NCBI GenBank assembly: GCA_003971905.1
Contig: RSEE01000103.1
Coordinates: forward strand, 62,001 to 126,000
Source of the DNA: Moniliella sp. 'wahieum'
Taxonomy: Eukaryota
Direction of reading: 5' to 3'
Length of the DNA: 64,000 bases
In this document: positions 39,112 through 58,439 of the stretch, piece by piece
Numbering within the stretch: position 1 is the stretch's first letter
How the letters are laid out: every line of letters begins with the position of its first letter
Notes under the pieces: generated by a model
The model's input: only the letters and a program-made list of their open reading frames with translations
Told to the model about the DNA's origin: nothing
The model's database searches: none
Position numbers and translations under genes: made by a program

Positions 39112-41389
39112 CGTACGGTCAAGGTGATCATGTAGGCGACCAAGTTGATGCAGGACAATCCAATGAGAAAACATTGTAGGCGACGAATGTATCCGCGTCG
39201 GGGGGTAGGCAAGTCGTGGTTGGGGGTAGTAAAGTAATTGTCCCACGCCAAAGCCATCTCTGCCGACCACATACCTACAAAGATAATCTCGATACTCGTT
39301 CCGGCCAATTTAGACCGCACGCTCCACAGGCCAATTGGGCGTCCAAAGTACTCGAGCCAGACTTGGAAGAAAATATGGGCAAGCGTAAGCGGGGCAAAGA
39401 TCAACCCCAATAAGGGACTTACACCGACGATCGATTCTACCCCTTCGGTATGCAGCGTGCGCCGCTCGCACACTGCCACGGCTAGTGTGGACGATGTGAT
39501 GACCAAGTTGATACTTCGCACCAGTAAGGGCGCAAACGGATGGTGCAACAAAAATCGTCGCCACCACGTCCACGACGCGTACCCACGTACTACGTGTGCA
39601 TCGTAGTACCCCCCAACATCACCTTCGTCCCACTTCTTCTTCGTTTTCTTCTTTTTCTTCGTTTTTCTTGTTGTTGTTGTTGTTGTTGTTGTGGTGGTGG
39701 TGTTTCGTCCCGCACCGCCTCCGCCCCCTCGTCCACGCAAAACAACCGTACCCCCCGCCCAGACCATCGCCCTCCTCCTCGTCCACCCCGGGGCCATCCA
39801 CACCGTACTGGTCCTTTCCCTCTCCCCCCTCCTCCATCCACGCACGCCACGGCACGTTCCACCGTTCCTCACTCGCCATTCGGACCGTCACCATCTCCTT
39901 CTCCGAGCGCACCCACTCCTCCGACCCGTCCCATCCGTCCCATCCGTCCCATCCGTGAGATCCATGCCACTCGGGCCACGCGATCGACGGCACGGTACGC
40001 ACCGCCAACCCACTCATGCGTACCAAGTCGCCCGGGCTCAGCCTCGTTCCCACGCCACGCCGCCAGGACCAGCGGCAAGGTCCACGTGCGAGGCACCTCC
40101 TGGCCCCGACGCCAAGCCCGACCCCGAGTCTGGTGGTTCCGTCGGCGACGCGGTTTTGGTTGAGCTGCCGCGACGGAAAAAGAGCGGAGAGGGTAGGCGG
40201 AGGTAAGTCTGCTGCGGCGGGTGGATGCGCAGGTGCATGTGGTGGTGGTGTTGGGGGGTGAGAGGTGTACTGTGAACCAACGGGGAGAAGCGGCGCGTTC
40301 GGGTGCTGGGTCGGTTGCACGCGGCCTACTATTACCCGCCCGCCAGCAGGAGGGGAAGCGGAAGCATAGGACGCATAGGACGCATATGAGTCATGGGAAG
40401 CTGGTACCCCAAGGGGCGCGGGGGAAGGTTGCGTGTAAATGGCGGTGCGCCAAACGTCTGAGCGGCCTCGATAGCCACGTTGGCAGGTAAAAAGCTTTGT
40501 GATGGATCTTCGTCGGTCGTAATACCGCCTTGTCCCCTCCCCTTTTTGACCCATTTACGTATTCTTACCTTTACCTTTACCTTGCGCCGCTGGTGCCGCT
40601 TGGACCAGTAGGAGCCGCTCTGCACGAGCCTCCGGCGCATCGCTTGCCCCAACCTAAGGTGCTCTGCTGGCGATAGCATCCGCGTAGCGTCTTTCCATTC
40701 GTCGGTCTCTGGTCCCTCACCACGAATTTGACGGTCCGGGTCCAACGACTGGGTGGGGCACAAACTCTCCCCGGGGGGCGTACTGCCTCCCCCCTTCCTC
40801 CTCCTCCTCCGCCTCCTCCGCCTCCGCCTCCGCCCCCTCTGGATCGGGATCCGGGGCGGGCCGCAGCCCATTCCTCGTCCGAACCATGCACCTCGTCGTC
40901 TGACACATCTTCAAACCCTGAACCGTACTCGTACTCACTCAGCGCACTGGACGCTCGCGCTGGGTGGGGTGGTGTTGGCTAAACACGTCCCGTAGACGCG
41001 ATAGACGTACGCGCCCTGGTTTGGAATTCCCTGTGGCCACAGCGCCGGAGGCGGGGCAGGTAGGGGATATGGGGCAGGCCGGGGAGGTGGGAGGGTCGGG
41101 TTGCAGATCGGGCGAATTGGTGGTGGTCGGGGATAGGCAGAACGTGGTGGGGGCCGAGTGGTCCGCGTCCCAGGTCCAGGCCGGAGCAGAGGTCGAGGGA
41201 GGGGACGGGGGTCGGGGCGAGTACTAGGTGGTACAGGCGAAGCAGGCGAGACGAGTAAGGTAGGTGGTTGGGTTTTAGCAGGCGGATGGGTTTTAGCAGG
41301 TTTGGCAGGTTTGGTAGGCAAAAAGTCGTCCTCGACCGAGCTGGCTAGTACCCAGGGAGGTACCACATTTACCTGCACACAGGGGGCAT
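39102..41389 (-). CDS. SRF1: Srf1-like regulator of phospholipase D (multi-TM C-terminus); last exon not resolved
   Basis: N-terminal VVPPWV. C-terminal FLLHHPFAPLLVRSINLVITSSTLAVA..LIFAPLTLAHIFFQVWLEYFGRPIGLW..MWSAEMALAWDNYF..LQCFLIGL. Intron donor GTACGT near 39115. Confidence 0.7.
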
Positions 41390-41473
41390 GCCTGGAGAGA
41401 AACGGCGATGGGAACGGCGAGGGCCCAAGTGTGTGGCGAGGGAGGGGGAAGGTGGGATTTTCACCTTGCTTCC

Positions 41474-41521
41474 AGCTTCAACTTAACCTTCAAGCTTGAC
41501 CTCAAGCTTCAAGCTTCAACT
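41474..41521. repeat. Heptamer array (TCA-AGCT) upstream of the SRF1-like gene
   Basis: cttcaagcttgacctcaagcttcaagcttcaac. Confidence 0.8.
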
Positions 41522-43196
41522 GAAGGGCTCAGCTCGAACGCAGGGAAACGTGCGAAGTGCGCAGCGTCAGGGCCTCAGGGCCTCAAGATCGATCAGTATA
41601 CAAAGTTGGACTGCACGGCACGTTGAACTCCATCTTCAACTCATCCACTCCGTGTGCGGAACGGGGGCAAGGTGGACCGTTGAACGTTGCATGTTGGCTG
41701 AGCTGAGCGCTGGCTGAATGGCACCGGGCACTGTTCATTCAGTGTTCAGTGGTTCGTGCAGTACTCATCAGTCTCAGTACTCATCGATCATCAGTTGCTG
41801 TGGCCATATATAATCATTGTGATTGGAGAGACCAGATCTCAGGTCTCAGAGAAGGGACGGCGATCGGGGTTGGACTGTGGACATTGGGGGGCTAGTCGAT
41901 AGACACTGGGTACTGGGCAGGCACAATGCGCAACCTGACATTGAAAGGAACTACTACGTACTACGCGAGGCTTTCCTTGGCGCTTGGCGCTTGGCGTTTA
42001 CGCGTTTTACGCACCTGGGTGGTGTGTGTATTCTGATGCTTTCAGGGGCCTCTTCGATCATCGATCTTCTTACGATCTTAGGATCGTAGGCCTAACATTA
42101 GGCGTGACCTCACGCCCTTGCTTGCCGCAGCCTCAGCGCCTCAGCGCAGCGCAGCACCACAAAGCTTGTCCGTGTTGCCGCGATGCTCCGCAGGCGGTGG
42201 AATATGGAATGGTAGTATCTCCAGGTGTTGGTCTGCGCATTTGCATCATTCACAATCATTAATCACGCGTCACACTCATCTGAATTTCTTGGCAATGTCG
42301 CACTGGTCGTTAAACATTGAACGTGGTGAAAGCTTGACCGAGTCGCGATATATATGGCTCTGGGTTTCCCCACAGCACCGTAACGTGGAACAGGGAACCG
42401 AAGTGGTGTTATGCCTATGCTTATGCCGTGTGGTTGGGGGGCAGAAGACAAGGTCCAAGCTTCAAGCTTCAGTGGTGAACGTTGGACGTTGGACCCAGAC
42501 GGAGATGAACTATGACATGTGACAGGAGCCAGACGGGGTCTCTCTCTCGCCTCTACACCCGCTCGGTTCAACGTTCAACCAGGACCTGAAGCAGGACTTA
42601 ACGTACGAGACACCGAGATTGACCTGTCCAAGGGCTTATACCCCTAAACTACAGGGGGGGTCCCACCTCGGGTCCCCCCATGATAGATTCTTTTCAGTCG
42701 TGCCTTTCTCCTTTTCGCCACAGGGAGAAGGGTTCGCAGAGTGGCGATTATAATAGTGTCGCGGGATCACTTAGTAGATGGACTTCGCCTCGGGGGTGGA
42801 ACTCGTTTGACAAAAATTCATTACAGATGGTTCTTCTGAGACTCAGATCTAATCTCTTGGCTCACATATGCGCAACATCCGCGTGTTTACCCAAATCCAT
42901 GGTCGTGCTACATCCGATCCGCAGAGAAATTGCGGAAGCCAGAAAAGGAACTGTGTTGTCTACTGGACATGCCCACTATTCCTCTCCTAATCTACCAGTG
43001 AAAGCGAGCAACAGGAAAACAAACAGAAACTACCGCCACAGATGAGCGAGCCTGTCAATTAAAAGTAGTATGCGAAACGGGTTTCCTGTCCTCATCGCTA
43101 TAGTACCTCTCACAGGTTTGCAAATGCACAGTTGCGTTATAGATTCAATAACTGTCCCGCAAGCTGATATCCTAGAACTTGTGTTTGCTCGGTCAG

Positions 43197-44217
43197 CTAT
43201 GCCTGCGGCTCGGCCTCCTCCTCATCCGTTGGTTTCTCCTCATTGGGCGCGCTGGCTGGGTCCTCCTTTTTCTCCGCCAAGACGTGGCGCACCACCCTCT
43301 CGACCAGACGTTCCATTGCCGTCGTCGTCTCTTCCCCATCTTGAGGGCGTTCCCACTGGTTGCCAGGGCACCCTGAACCGAGCGTACCACAAACTTGCCC
43401 GCCATGTCAAACTCCACGTTGACCAACTTGCCAAGGGCAAACACGGCCATATCAATGACCGACTGCGAATGTGCAATGAGCATCACACTAAACTCCACCG
43501 TGTCCGCTTCGACGGTGAGAGAGGGAAAGTCACTTGATTCGCCTCGTACTCTTCAGGGGACAGCTGTGCTTGCTCTGCGGTCAACGCCCCTCCGCCAGGA
43601 GGAGACCATGGATCAAAGTGAGACTGACGCCGTTGACGCTAATGTACCCTTTGGGGATCAGGTACGGAGCCAAGGTGGCTGGTCGAGGAAGCTCTGGGTC
43701 GGTAGCAAGCCGGACCGTGAGCGTGACTGCATTGCCCGTCTGACTGTGCCCAACAATTGGCCCACCGTATCAACGTGGCCTTGAACCACGTGCCCCCCAA
43801 ACCGTGCGTGGCCCGCCATGGCACGTTCACAGTTGACCCTCTGTCCCGCCTTGAGGTCTTTCAAGTTGGTCCGACGTAGTGTCTCGGGCGCCAGTCCCAC
43901 CTTGAACCACCCCCCATCCTCCGTTTTGGAGAACTCGGTGACGGTCAGACAGGTACCTATCGGTACGCCATAACAAGGCAAAAGCGAAGGACAGAGTTAG
44001 AACAGAGTCAGAACAGGTCAGAACTTGTTTGTAACCCTTTCGAATCCGAAGAAAAAAAACGTACCATCCACCGCAATGCTGTCCCCCAAATGGCAATCGT
44101 CCAAATGGAAGCTGCTTCGCCAACGGTCAAGGAGAAGCCGTTGCCACCACCTTGTGTGGCGTCTACTTCTTCGACGGCGCGAACGGGAGTGGAGATCTCA
44201 ACGAGTCCGGTGAACAT
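43197..44217 (-). CDS. RIB5: Riboflavin synthase (alpha chain)
   Basis: MFTGLVE start; GDSIAVDG|intron|TCLTVTEF; GLAPETLRRTNL..VNCERAM..RFGGHVVQGHVD; PKGYISVNGVSLT; VNVEFDMAGKFV. Confidence 0.95.
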
Positions 44218-45328
44218 GGAGGGCGTAGTAGAAGGTGGGGAGAAAGGGGTAGGTTGGATGTGGTGCGGAGGGGTACAAAGGGCAATGGGAAGAACGTGTT
44301 GGCACGACGCTAAACTCTGAACGTTGAACGTTGAACCCTCGCGTTGCTGTGGAGCCAACATCCCTACCCATCTCAGCCAAGTAGAGTTGTTAAATACACC
44401 AGACCTTGTGGGTAGTCCACCCTCTCAAACATCACACCGGTGGCGCCCATCCGCTTCACTGAGATGTTAAGCTCCTGGCGATACCGTCAAGAAGCCCCTG
44501 GGATATGGGCTTAGTAGCGAATGCAATAAGTGGACATTGCTGTGGGCAGGGGCATAGGGCGGATGCCGAGAGTCCCCTGGTTACTACTAGTTATTTCATA
44601 GCGCAAGGAAGGGGAAGAGGCCACACCCCATGCCACCGCACTACTTACGAAGTCCACTGATCCCATCATCGACATCTAAAAGCAACTGAAGCGCCCTACC
44701 AAGTCAAGCCACACCATCAACAATTTGGTATGCTCACCCGTTCCCCCGAAGTGAGATCTGAGCGCCGATAGAGAGCTTGAGGTGCCCCATTCGGCTGTTT
44801 CTGCCCCTTCCTAGAGCTCCTTACGAGAGTGAAATCGGGAGGAGATGGGTGTTTTCATCATCAACGAAAGTCATCCGAAAGCCCCCCGCTGCCTGTGCAC
44901 ACGACCTATTTTGCTCCCGTTCCACCTACCGTGCTGATCCGCAGTGGGATCAGAGACACCCACCCACTTTGACTTGCGCGCAGGAGACAACAAGGCACAG
45001 GCTAAGGCAGGAGTGTACGACACCAGACGGATAGGGGCACGTTGGGTGATGGTTCGCAGTGGCTGGGAGCCGTTGCTGGCTTGCCGGATGGTGCGAGTCA
45101 ATCACAACCGTTTGAAATACCCTGGCGGGCCTCGCTGACGTAACACCATGGATTACATCTCACGATCTCACCCCTGGTCCTACTGCCTCCTCAAAGACCT
45201 GTAGCAAGGGCGCTTCCTGGCTTCTCGAACTTATGGCTGCCGGCGTGCACGCTGGCACTATCATCGCCCCAAGGAAAATGTACGAAGGCATAGAATGCAT
45301 ACGTGGTCAAGCACAGAGCTCGAATTTT

Positions 45329-45878
<550 letters not shown>

Positions 45879-46017
45879 CTACCTTCTTGCGAACCTAAGG
45901 TGGCGGAGAACCAGGAAGGACAGCCAGCCGGAGGGCGCATTAAAACGAAACCGATGAAAAGGCGGAGGAAAATAGCAAAAGAGCGAACACTGCCCCCATT
46001 CCGCACCACTGCGGCAA

Positions 46018-46043
46018 TAACCCTGTCATTATGAGTAGGGTTA
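46018..46043. promoter_or_regulatory. Inverted telomere-like sites TAACCCT-N12-AGGGTTA in the bidirectional RPS31/RPP0 promoter
   Basis: Perfect 7-bp inverted repeat near the centre of the ~510-bp divergent intergenic region; function inferred. Confidence 0.45.
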
Positions 46044-46309
46044 GCAGCTGCAGCGACTCTGCCCTAGTGCCTCGGTAGCACTGCCTCGCACTGGCACCAG
46101 GGACGCTGTCTTCGTCTAGTTGGGATGGAGTCCGCTTGGTTTACCACCCCCACCTCGTCCAAAGAGCCTGTAAGTACATCTAACCCGTACAGGCCGACTG
46201 GATCGTTCTGACCCGACGTCTGTGTGCCCAGTAAAGGTCCCCTGATTCCCCGAAGTCATCGGTGGCTCTTTCCCTCACACTTAACCTTTCGTCTATTCCC
46301 AACACAAAA

Positions 46310-47246
46310 ATGGGTGCTACTCGTGGCCAGAAGGAAGCTTGGTTTGCCAAGCTCAACGAGCTGCTCGAGGCTTACAACTCGATCTTCTTCGTCAATGTCG
46401 ACAACGTCGGCTCGCAGCAGATGCACCAGATTCGTGCTGCTCTCCGTGGCAAGGCTGTTGTCCTGATGGGCAAGAACACCATGGCCCGCCGTGCCATCCG
46501 CCAGATCGTTGGCGAGAAGCCGCAGTACGAGAAGATCCTGCCTGCTGTCCGTGGCAACATTGGCTTTGTCTTCACCAACGACGATCTGAAGGAGGTTCGT
46601 GACTTGATCCTCGAGAACCGTGTCGCTGCCCCCTCGTGCTGGTGCCTGCACGCCCCCGCCGACGTGATTGTCAAGGCTGGCAACACCGGTATGGAGCCCG
46701 GCAAGACCTCGTTCTTCCAGGCCCTCAACATCCCCACCAAGATTGCCCGTGGTACCATTGAGATTGTCTCGGATGTCCGTGTGGTGGAGGGTGGCACCGT
46801 GTCGGCACCTCGGAGGCGACGCTGCTCAACATGCTCAACATCTCCCCCTTCACCTACGGTATGAGCGTCACCTCGATCTACGACAACGGCAACGTGTTTG
46901 ACAACTCGGTGCTGGACGTCAAGGAGGAGGACCTCGTTGCCTCGTTCCTGGCTGGTGTGCGCCAGATTGCTTCCATCTCGCTGGCGATCAACTACCCACC
47001 ATTGTCTCGGTCACCCACTCGCTGTAACACCTACAAGGACCTCATCGCCATTGCCCTGGCGACCGACATTGACTTTGAGGGTGCCGCCAGGCTAAGGAGT
47101 ACCTTGCCAACCCCGAGGCGTTCGCCGTTGCTGCTGCCCCCGTGGCTGCCGCTGGCGGTGCTGCCGAGGCGGCCCCTGCCGAGGAGAAGAAGGAGGAGGA
47201 GGAGGAGGAGTCTGACGACGACATGGGCTTTGGTCTGTTCGACTAA
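46310..47246 (+). CDS. RPP0: 60S acidic ribosomal protein P0 (uL10)
   Basis: [63 protein letters not shown]; ends [14 protein letters not shown]. Confidence 0.97.
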
Positions 47247-47637
47247 ACCTTTCTTCGTTTTCTTCTTCCCCAACCCCTGCTCCAACTCGATATGCTTCTG
47301 CACTCGTCCCCGTACGGTGTTGCAATGCTGGCAAAATGCATCCTAGAGCCCGCTTAGGCTTACCGGTTCGCACGTTACCTTTGTTCGATGTTTGCTTGCC
47401 ATAGCCCGTTGTTTCATATCATAGCCTTTCGTTTCCCACCGGTTTGGTGTGACTTGTCTATGTGTACGCTCGGCACGGAATGTGCAAGATGGAGAGACGT
47501 GGTAATAGTTCCGTGAGGGCAGACATTAAGAAGGGGAAGTATGGACAGATGAAATACAGCCAGGTGATGGGGCAGGAGGGCGGTCGCAAGCGCAAGCGCA
47601 ACGATAATATAGGAGTGACGGCGTCCCTCCTTTCGCC

Positions 47638-50061
47638 CTAGACGGGCGAGGCACAGCCGAACGAGGTACCAGTCGCGCCGCCTTGCTGGAACGTATCGTT
47701 GATCGCTTCCCCCGAGCCGTATATGCCCAAGCCTGACATGGCGTACGAAGCCATGGCCAACGCAGCAGCGCCGCCTTGGGCAAGACGGAAGGTAAGGTCA
47801 TACCAGCAAACTTGCACTGGCCCCCGAAAAACGCGCGGTGCCAGCGCGACCAGTTGCGCCAACTGTCCACCCGCTGCGCGCCACCGTACGGCGTGTACTC
47901 CCATCGCCACTCATGGCATCGTAGTGCATCCACCACGCCAGGGCAAACGTAAAGGGGAACGAGTAGCTGAAGTTGACAATGGCAATCGCACTGATCAGTC
48001 CAGCCACTGTCTGAATCTGAGGAATGGCCGAAGCAATCACGTAGCTCAAGATCCAGTAAAACGACGACCACGGGATCCAGAGCCACCAGCCTGGCACCAA
48101 AAGATACGCACAAGGGTATGGGGAGTCAGCATGAGAAGCACGTTGTGTCAGTGAGGCAAGGAAATGATGACGTACCAACTCGAGTGGTTAGCTTGGGTCC
48201 ATGGAACAGTTCCTCGACCAAACCAATGTAAGACGTTTTGATGCCAACTGCCGCATAGATGGCAGTAGCAGCGACCGAGGTGAGAATGTTGAGGACGTTG
48301 CACAGGTCACGAGCTCGGCCGGCGGCCATACCCTGGAAGGATAGTGCCAAGGTCCATTGGCCCGAGTAGCAGTAAAAGTAGATCGAGTAGAACAGGTACA
48401 CCACCAAAATCAAAACCTGGGCCATAAAGCAGCCCTTGTAAAAGTCTCGCGGCCGGCGCATTTCTGCCATCATCTCAATGAAGACCATGGCGCCAGCGTA
48501 CTGACACACAAACATAGATGGGTTAGCGGATTTGCGGGGCCTGAGAGATGAGGAAGAAACGCAAAGAGAGAAACGCAAGAGAAGAGAGAAGAGAAATAAA
48601 GAGAAGGGTAGGATGGAAGGGGAGGGGGCACTTGTGCTTCATAGGGAGGGGGTTCAGCGTTCAGTACTCACAGCAAAGACCATATTGTTGATACCATTAA
48701 TCTTGCTTGGCAGGGAGCCATGAACAAAGGCCGAGACAACGATCGGTTTGGGCGCCGAGTCGGAGGAGAGACCGTTGTTCATCACAGCAACCCAGTCGAT
48801 CCCCTCGTTGCGAATCACACCCATCGTAACAAACACAATGATCAGGTTAACGACAACGCAACGTTGGACACCATGGCCATGCCGCGCAGCGTTCGGATCT
48901 CTGCAATCAAGGTGCCAAGGTCAGTACAGCGTCCAAGGCAAATGAGTGGCAGGCAAGACGAACGGTTGACTACATACCGAGCAAGGCCCATACCAGGACG
49001 CTCACAGTAAAGCATAGTGTGTGACCAGGCACGTTGGTGATGAGCTGGGCAAATGAGAATGAGAATGAAAAAGCCAAAGATTAGTACTCCCATCCCCCTT
49101 TGGTCCAAAACGAAAAAGAGGAGCGTACCTGTTCAAGGCCCATGCCCGAGCCAAGAATGATGGTGGCCACCATGAACACAAGTTGGATAGCTTGAGAATG
49201 CTGACCAGGTGGCGGAACCAAGGACCGATCAGGCGTTCGCCCAAGTCCGAATACGACCGGATGGGGAAACGGGAAGAGTCGTGCACAGAAGCAGACTTGC
49301 AGCAGCCAGCCACACAGTGCTGCCAGTACGCCCATCTGCCAAACAAAGTACAGTTTGATGTCAGTATTAGTCCCCCTTTGATGCGCTAGAGGCTGTTGAG
49401 AGGAAGCGTAGTAGTAGTAGCCAGATAGGGCTGCTACCAGCCCAGACGTATACCCATGTGCACAGCAGACTTACCACCACATAGAGAATTGTTCCTGGAA
49501 CAAGGCCGACCTGGGATTGGGCGTAGGGGGAGGAGATGGGGCCAAAAATATCAGTGACAATCAGGGCGAAAACACTACTAATGCCAGTGAGCCGAAGAGC
49601 GCGGTGAGGTCAAGCTCTTGAACAACCTCAGGCTCCAAACCCTCGTACTGGGGCGAGGAAGCAGTGAGGTCGGTAGTGAGTGTGACATCAGGTTTGCCCA
49701 CCTCTTTCTCGCTAGGGGGTTCATCCAGCGCGGCTGACGCACGCGCGGGCTTGGCTTGCTTTTTGGTAAAGGAGCGAATGAGGTCGCCTGCCGGGTTGGT
49801 ACCACGAATGCCTTGGCGGTACTCCTCCTCCTCCTCCTCCTCCGCGCTGAACACGCGCCCAGTAATGGTACTCCTCAATTGATGCGCCATGAAAGCCATG
49901 GTACTCGAGACCACGGGCAATGCGGTCGTGCGAAGGCGCCGGTTAAACGCAGGAACCACAGCTTCGTCCGATCCCACTGCTTTTTCGTCGAGCGCGTGCG
50001 TGTATTCGGCCAAGCTGTGGCCCGGATCTTGCAACGAGAGGCCCGCAAGGGTGGCCGACAT
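47638..50061 (-). CDS. Amino acid/auxin permease (Aa_trans, Mtr-like) transporter, multi-exon
   Basis: DSSRFPIRSYSDLGERLIGPW; INGINNMVFA|YAGAMVFIEMMAEMRRPRDFYKG; IASAIPQIQTVAGLISA; ends GIYGSGEAINDTF..TSFGCASPV*. Confidence 0.88.
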
Positions 50062-52176
50062 GGTGATGAGAGTGGAGGGGGTGGTGGTGTGAGGGAAGCA
50101 AGTGGCGTAGCAGGCGAAGAGCGAAAGAGAATAACGGCCCGCACAGAGTGGTAAGAGAGAAGCAGGAAGAAGAAACAGCTGCTGGCAACGGGGGGTGGGA
50201 AGGGGAGGGCTGGGTAAGTTTGCAACGCTGTGGATCGGTTTAAAACAGCGGAAGGGGCCAGAGTTTTATACGCGTGAATATTGAATCCTGTGATCATCGG
50301 TGCCTGACGACATCCATGTGCTCTCTGCTGCCTGGGGGCCCTATCTCTTTGGGCAGAGGAGGTGGAAAGGTGTTCAAAGCGCTAACCTCATAGCCCGGCG
50401 CCTGGCATACGCCCAAGGCGATGGCCGCACTGCCCAGCCCGCTCTCCACCCCACACGTATGCAGCGTGTGACATGTGCATGTGAGGCGTGAGGCTCAGGC
50501 CGGCAGGGCCCGATCATTGATTCACCACGATAAGATAAAGAGAGTGTGGATCAAACCCCTCACGCGCCCTGCGCCTGGGCGCCCTTCGTAGGATCAAAAG
50601 CGGGTATGAACAGGAGCAAACACCGACGGACTATTCGTCCTATTGGATGGACTACCAAGAGAGCTATACTCAATGTGATGACAGGGACGTTTTCATCAGC
50701 GTTCCTGGACCGTTTCCAGTTCACACGGTCCAATAACACATCCCATATCCCACCCCATCCCATCCAACGCCCCCAGGGGAAACGGCACCGCCGCCACAAT
50801 TCTTCCACATGGAGGAGAGAGCGTTGACCTATTTCCGCAGACTAGACGGATCATCGATCATACCCTCTGAAGTCCTGTTGTCTATGTGCTTGAGCTTTGG
50901 TTTTGACTATTGGACGCTGAGCCCCGCCTCACGCTAGCAGATGCTGGGCCATCGGTTGATGCGGACGTTGAGCGTTGAACGTGTTGAAACCCGAACAGAG
51001 CCGTAGATAAAGCCCGGGCGCGGCTAGGGCGCACTCAGATCTCACTGCTCTCGTTCTTTCTTTTCGATCCAAGGGTGGGTGGGGCCCAGAAGGGTACGGA
51101 GGCAATAATGGATGATGGAGGGCAATCCTTACTCGTCAACCATCAACGTCAACCATCGAGGGGAAGAGGACGACGAGCGGGAGGAAGGCAGGGTGCAGGT
51201 TGCCGAATGTCGGCCGACCGCTATTGAACGATGGCCACGTCGGGGCAACAGGGAAAGCAGCGGCTGAAATAGATATGGCCTGTCAATTATTGTCAATATC
51301 ACTTGTCACGCATCCCACAAGCCCCGGGCACAAGGTAGGCCGCGGCGGGCTGCTGATGCGTGATGCGGTTGCCCCGGCCCGGGCGCGGCGCCGTCGGTTG
51401 AGTGCGCGGCGCCGCTGCGCTTCCGCCTGCAGCAGCCTGCAGCGGGTGCAGGGTGCAGGGTGCAGGTCCTGGCGCCCCACCAGCCACTGCGTGTGCAGTC
51501 TCCAGCACATCACCCGTCCCATGCATCAGTGACCCCCCCCCCCCCCCGCACTACGCCACAGCACGCCACATCCAGCCCGGCCATCTGAAATCTCGTGCAT
51601 CCACGCAGCCGCCGTGCCGGCAGCGGAGAAGCCGCGGTAAACTTTCATCGCCCTCTGTCTGCGGCGCCGTCGTCGGCGCCGCTGCTCCGCCTCAGTCGCT
51701 TCCTTCCCGCTTCGGCGCAGTAGCAGCCTCAGGCAGGGGATGAGGCCTGAGGAGGGGGGGGTTACATTTCACACGTTACGCTTATACGGTACGTTTCCTC
51801 CGCGCGTGTGGGACCCAGGAACCCTTTGTCCACCCTCACCACCTCTATCTGTCTACGTCCGCCCTGCCCCTCCCCTCCCGTCGCTTCCAGGGAGCACACA
51901 CGAGCGCAGATGGATGCGATCCAGCAGCATGCTTAGCGTTCGTCGTCGGAAACACGAATGGACCCCGTGGGGGGATAGGAATAGGCAACTCTGGTCGGGG
52001 GAAGAAGTGAGAAAGTGAGAAAGCGAGAAAGCGAGGGAGCAAGAGAGGAGAAAGCGAAAGCAAGAGAACATGAGAACAAGAGAACAAGAAAGGGGTAGCA
52101 CGAGCGTCTGGGGGCCAACACGGCTACCGAACCAAACATACCAGCGGGGGGGGGGGGAACGAGGGGATCAATGCTG

Positions 52177-52214
52177 GTTCAACGTCAACGTCAACGTTCA
52201 ACGTTCAACGTTCA
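52177..52214. repeat. Heptamer array (TCA-ACGT) just past the DYRK gene 3' end
   Basis: gttcaacgtcaacgtcaacgttcaacgttcaacgttca. Confidence 0.85.
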
Positions 52215-52281
52215 CAAACCGCTCCTGGCCTCGGACGGGAACGAGGCCAGAGCAATGCAAGTGGGGGGAAGAAGCAGAGGA

Positions 52282-58230
<5,949 letters not shown>

Positions 58231-58439
58231 GGCCGTGCACAGCCCACGCTCCGGGCGAGGGTGGGGGTGGTGGGGTGGAGAAGAAAAAACCACTCTGCTG
58301 CGCTGCTCCGCTGGGGCCGGAACAAGACCAACACCAGCACGTGCCTCCGCCCAACAACCCAACATCCCACGTGGAGCCGCCGAGTACATTGAACATTGCA
58401 GATCCAGCGCCTGCAACATTGCAGTACTTGCACTCACCA

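Noticed and set aside
44330..44380. GGCTGAGAT on the minus strand upstream of RIB5 as a TPP riboswitch core
   Set aside because: The downstream CCTGAT/TAATNC/GCG elements are missing, and RIB5 is not a thiamine gene.
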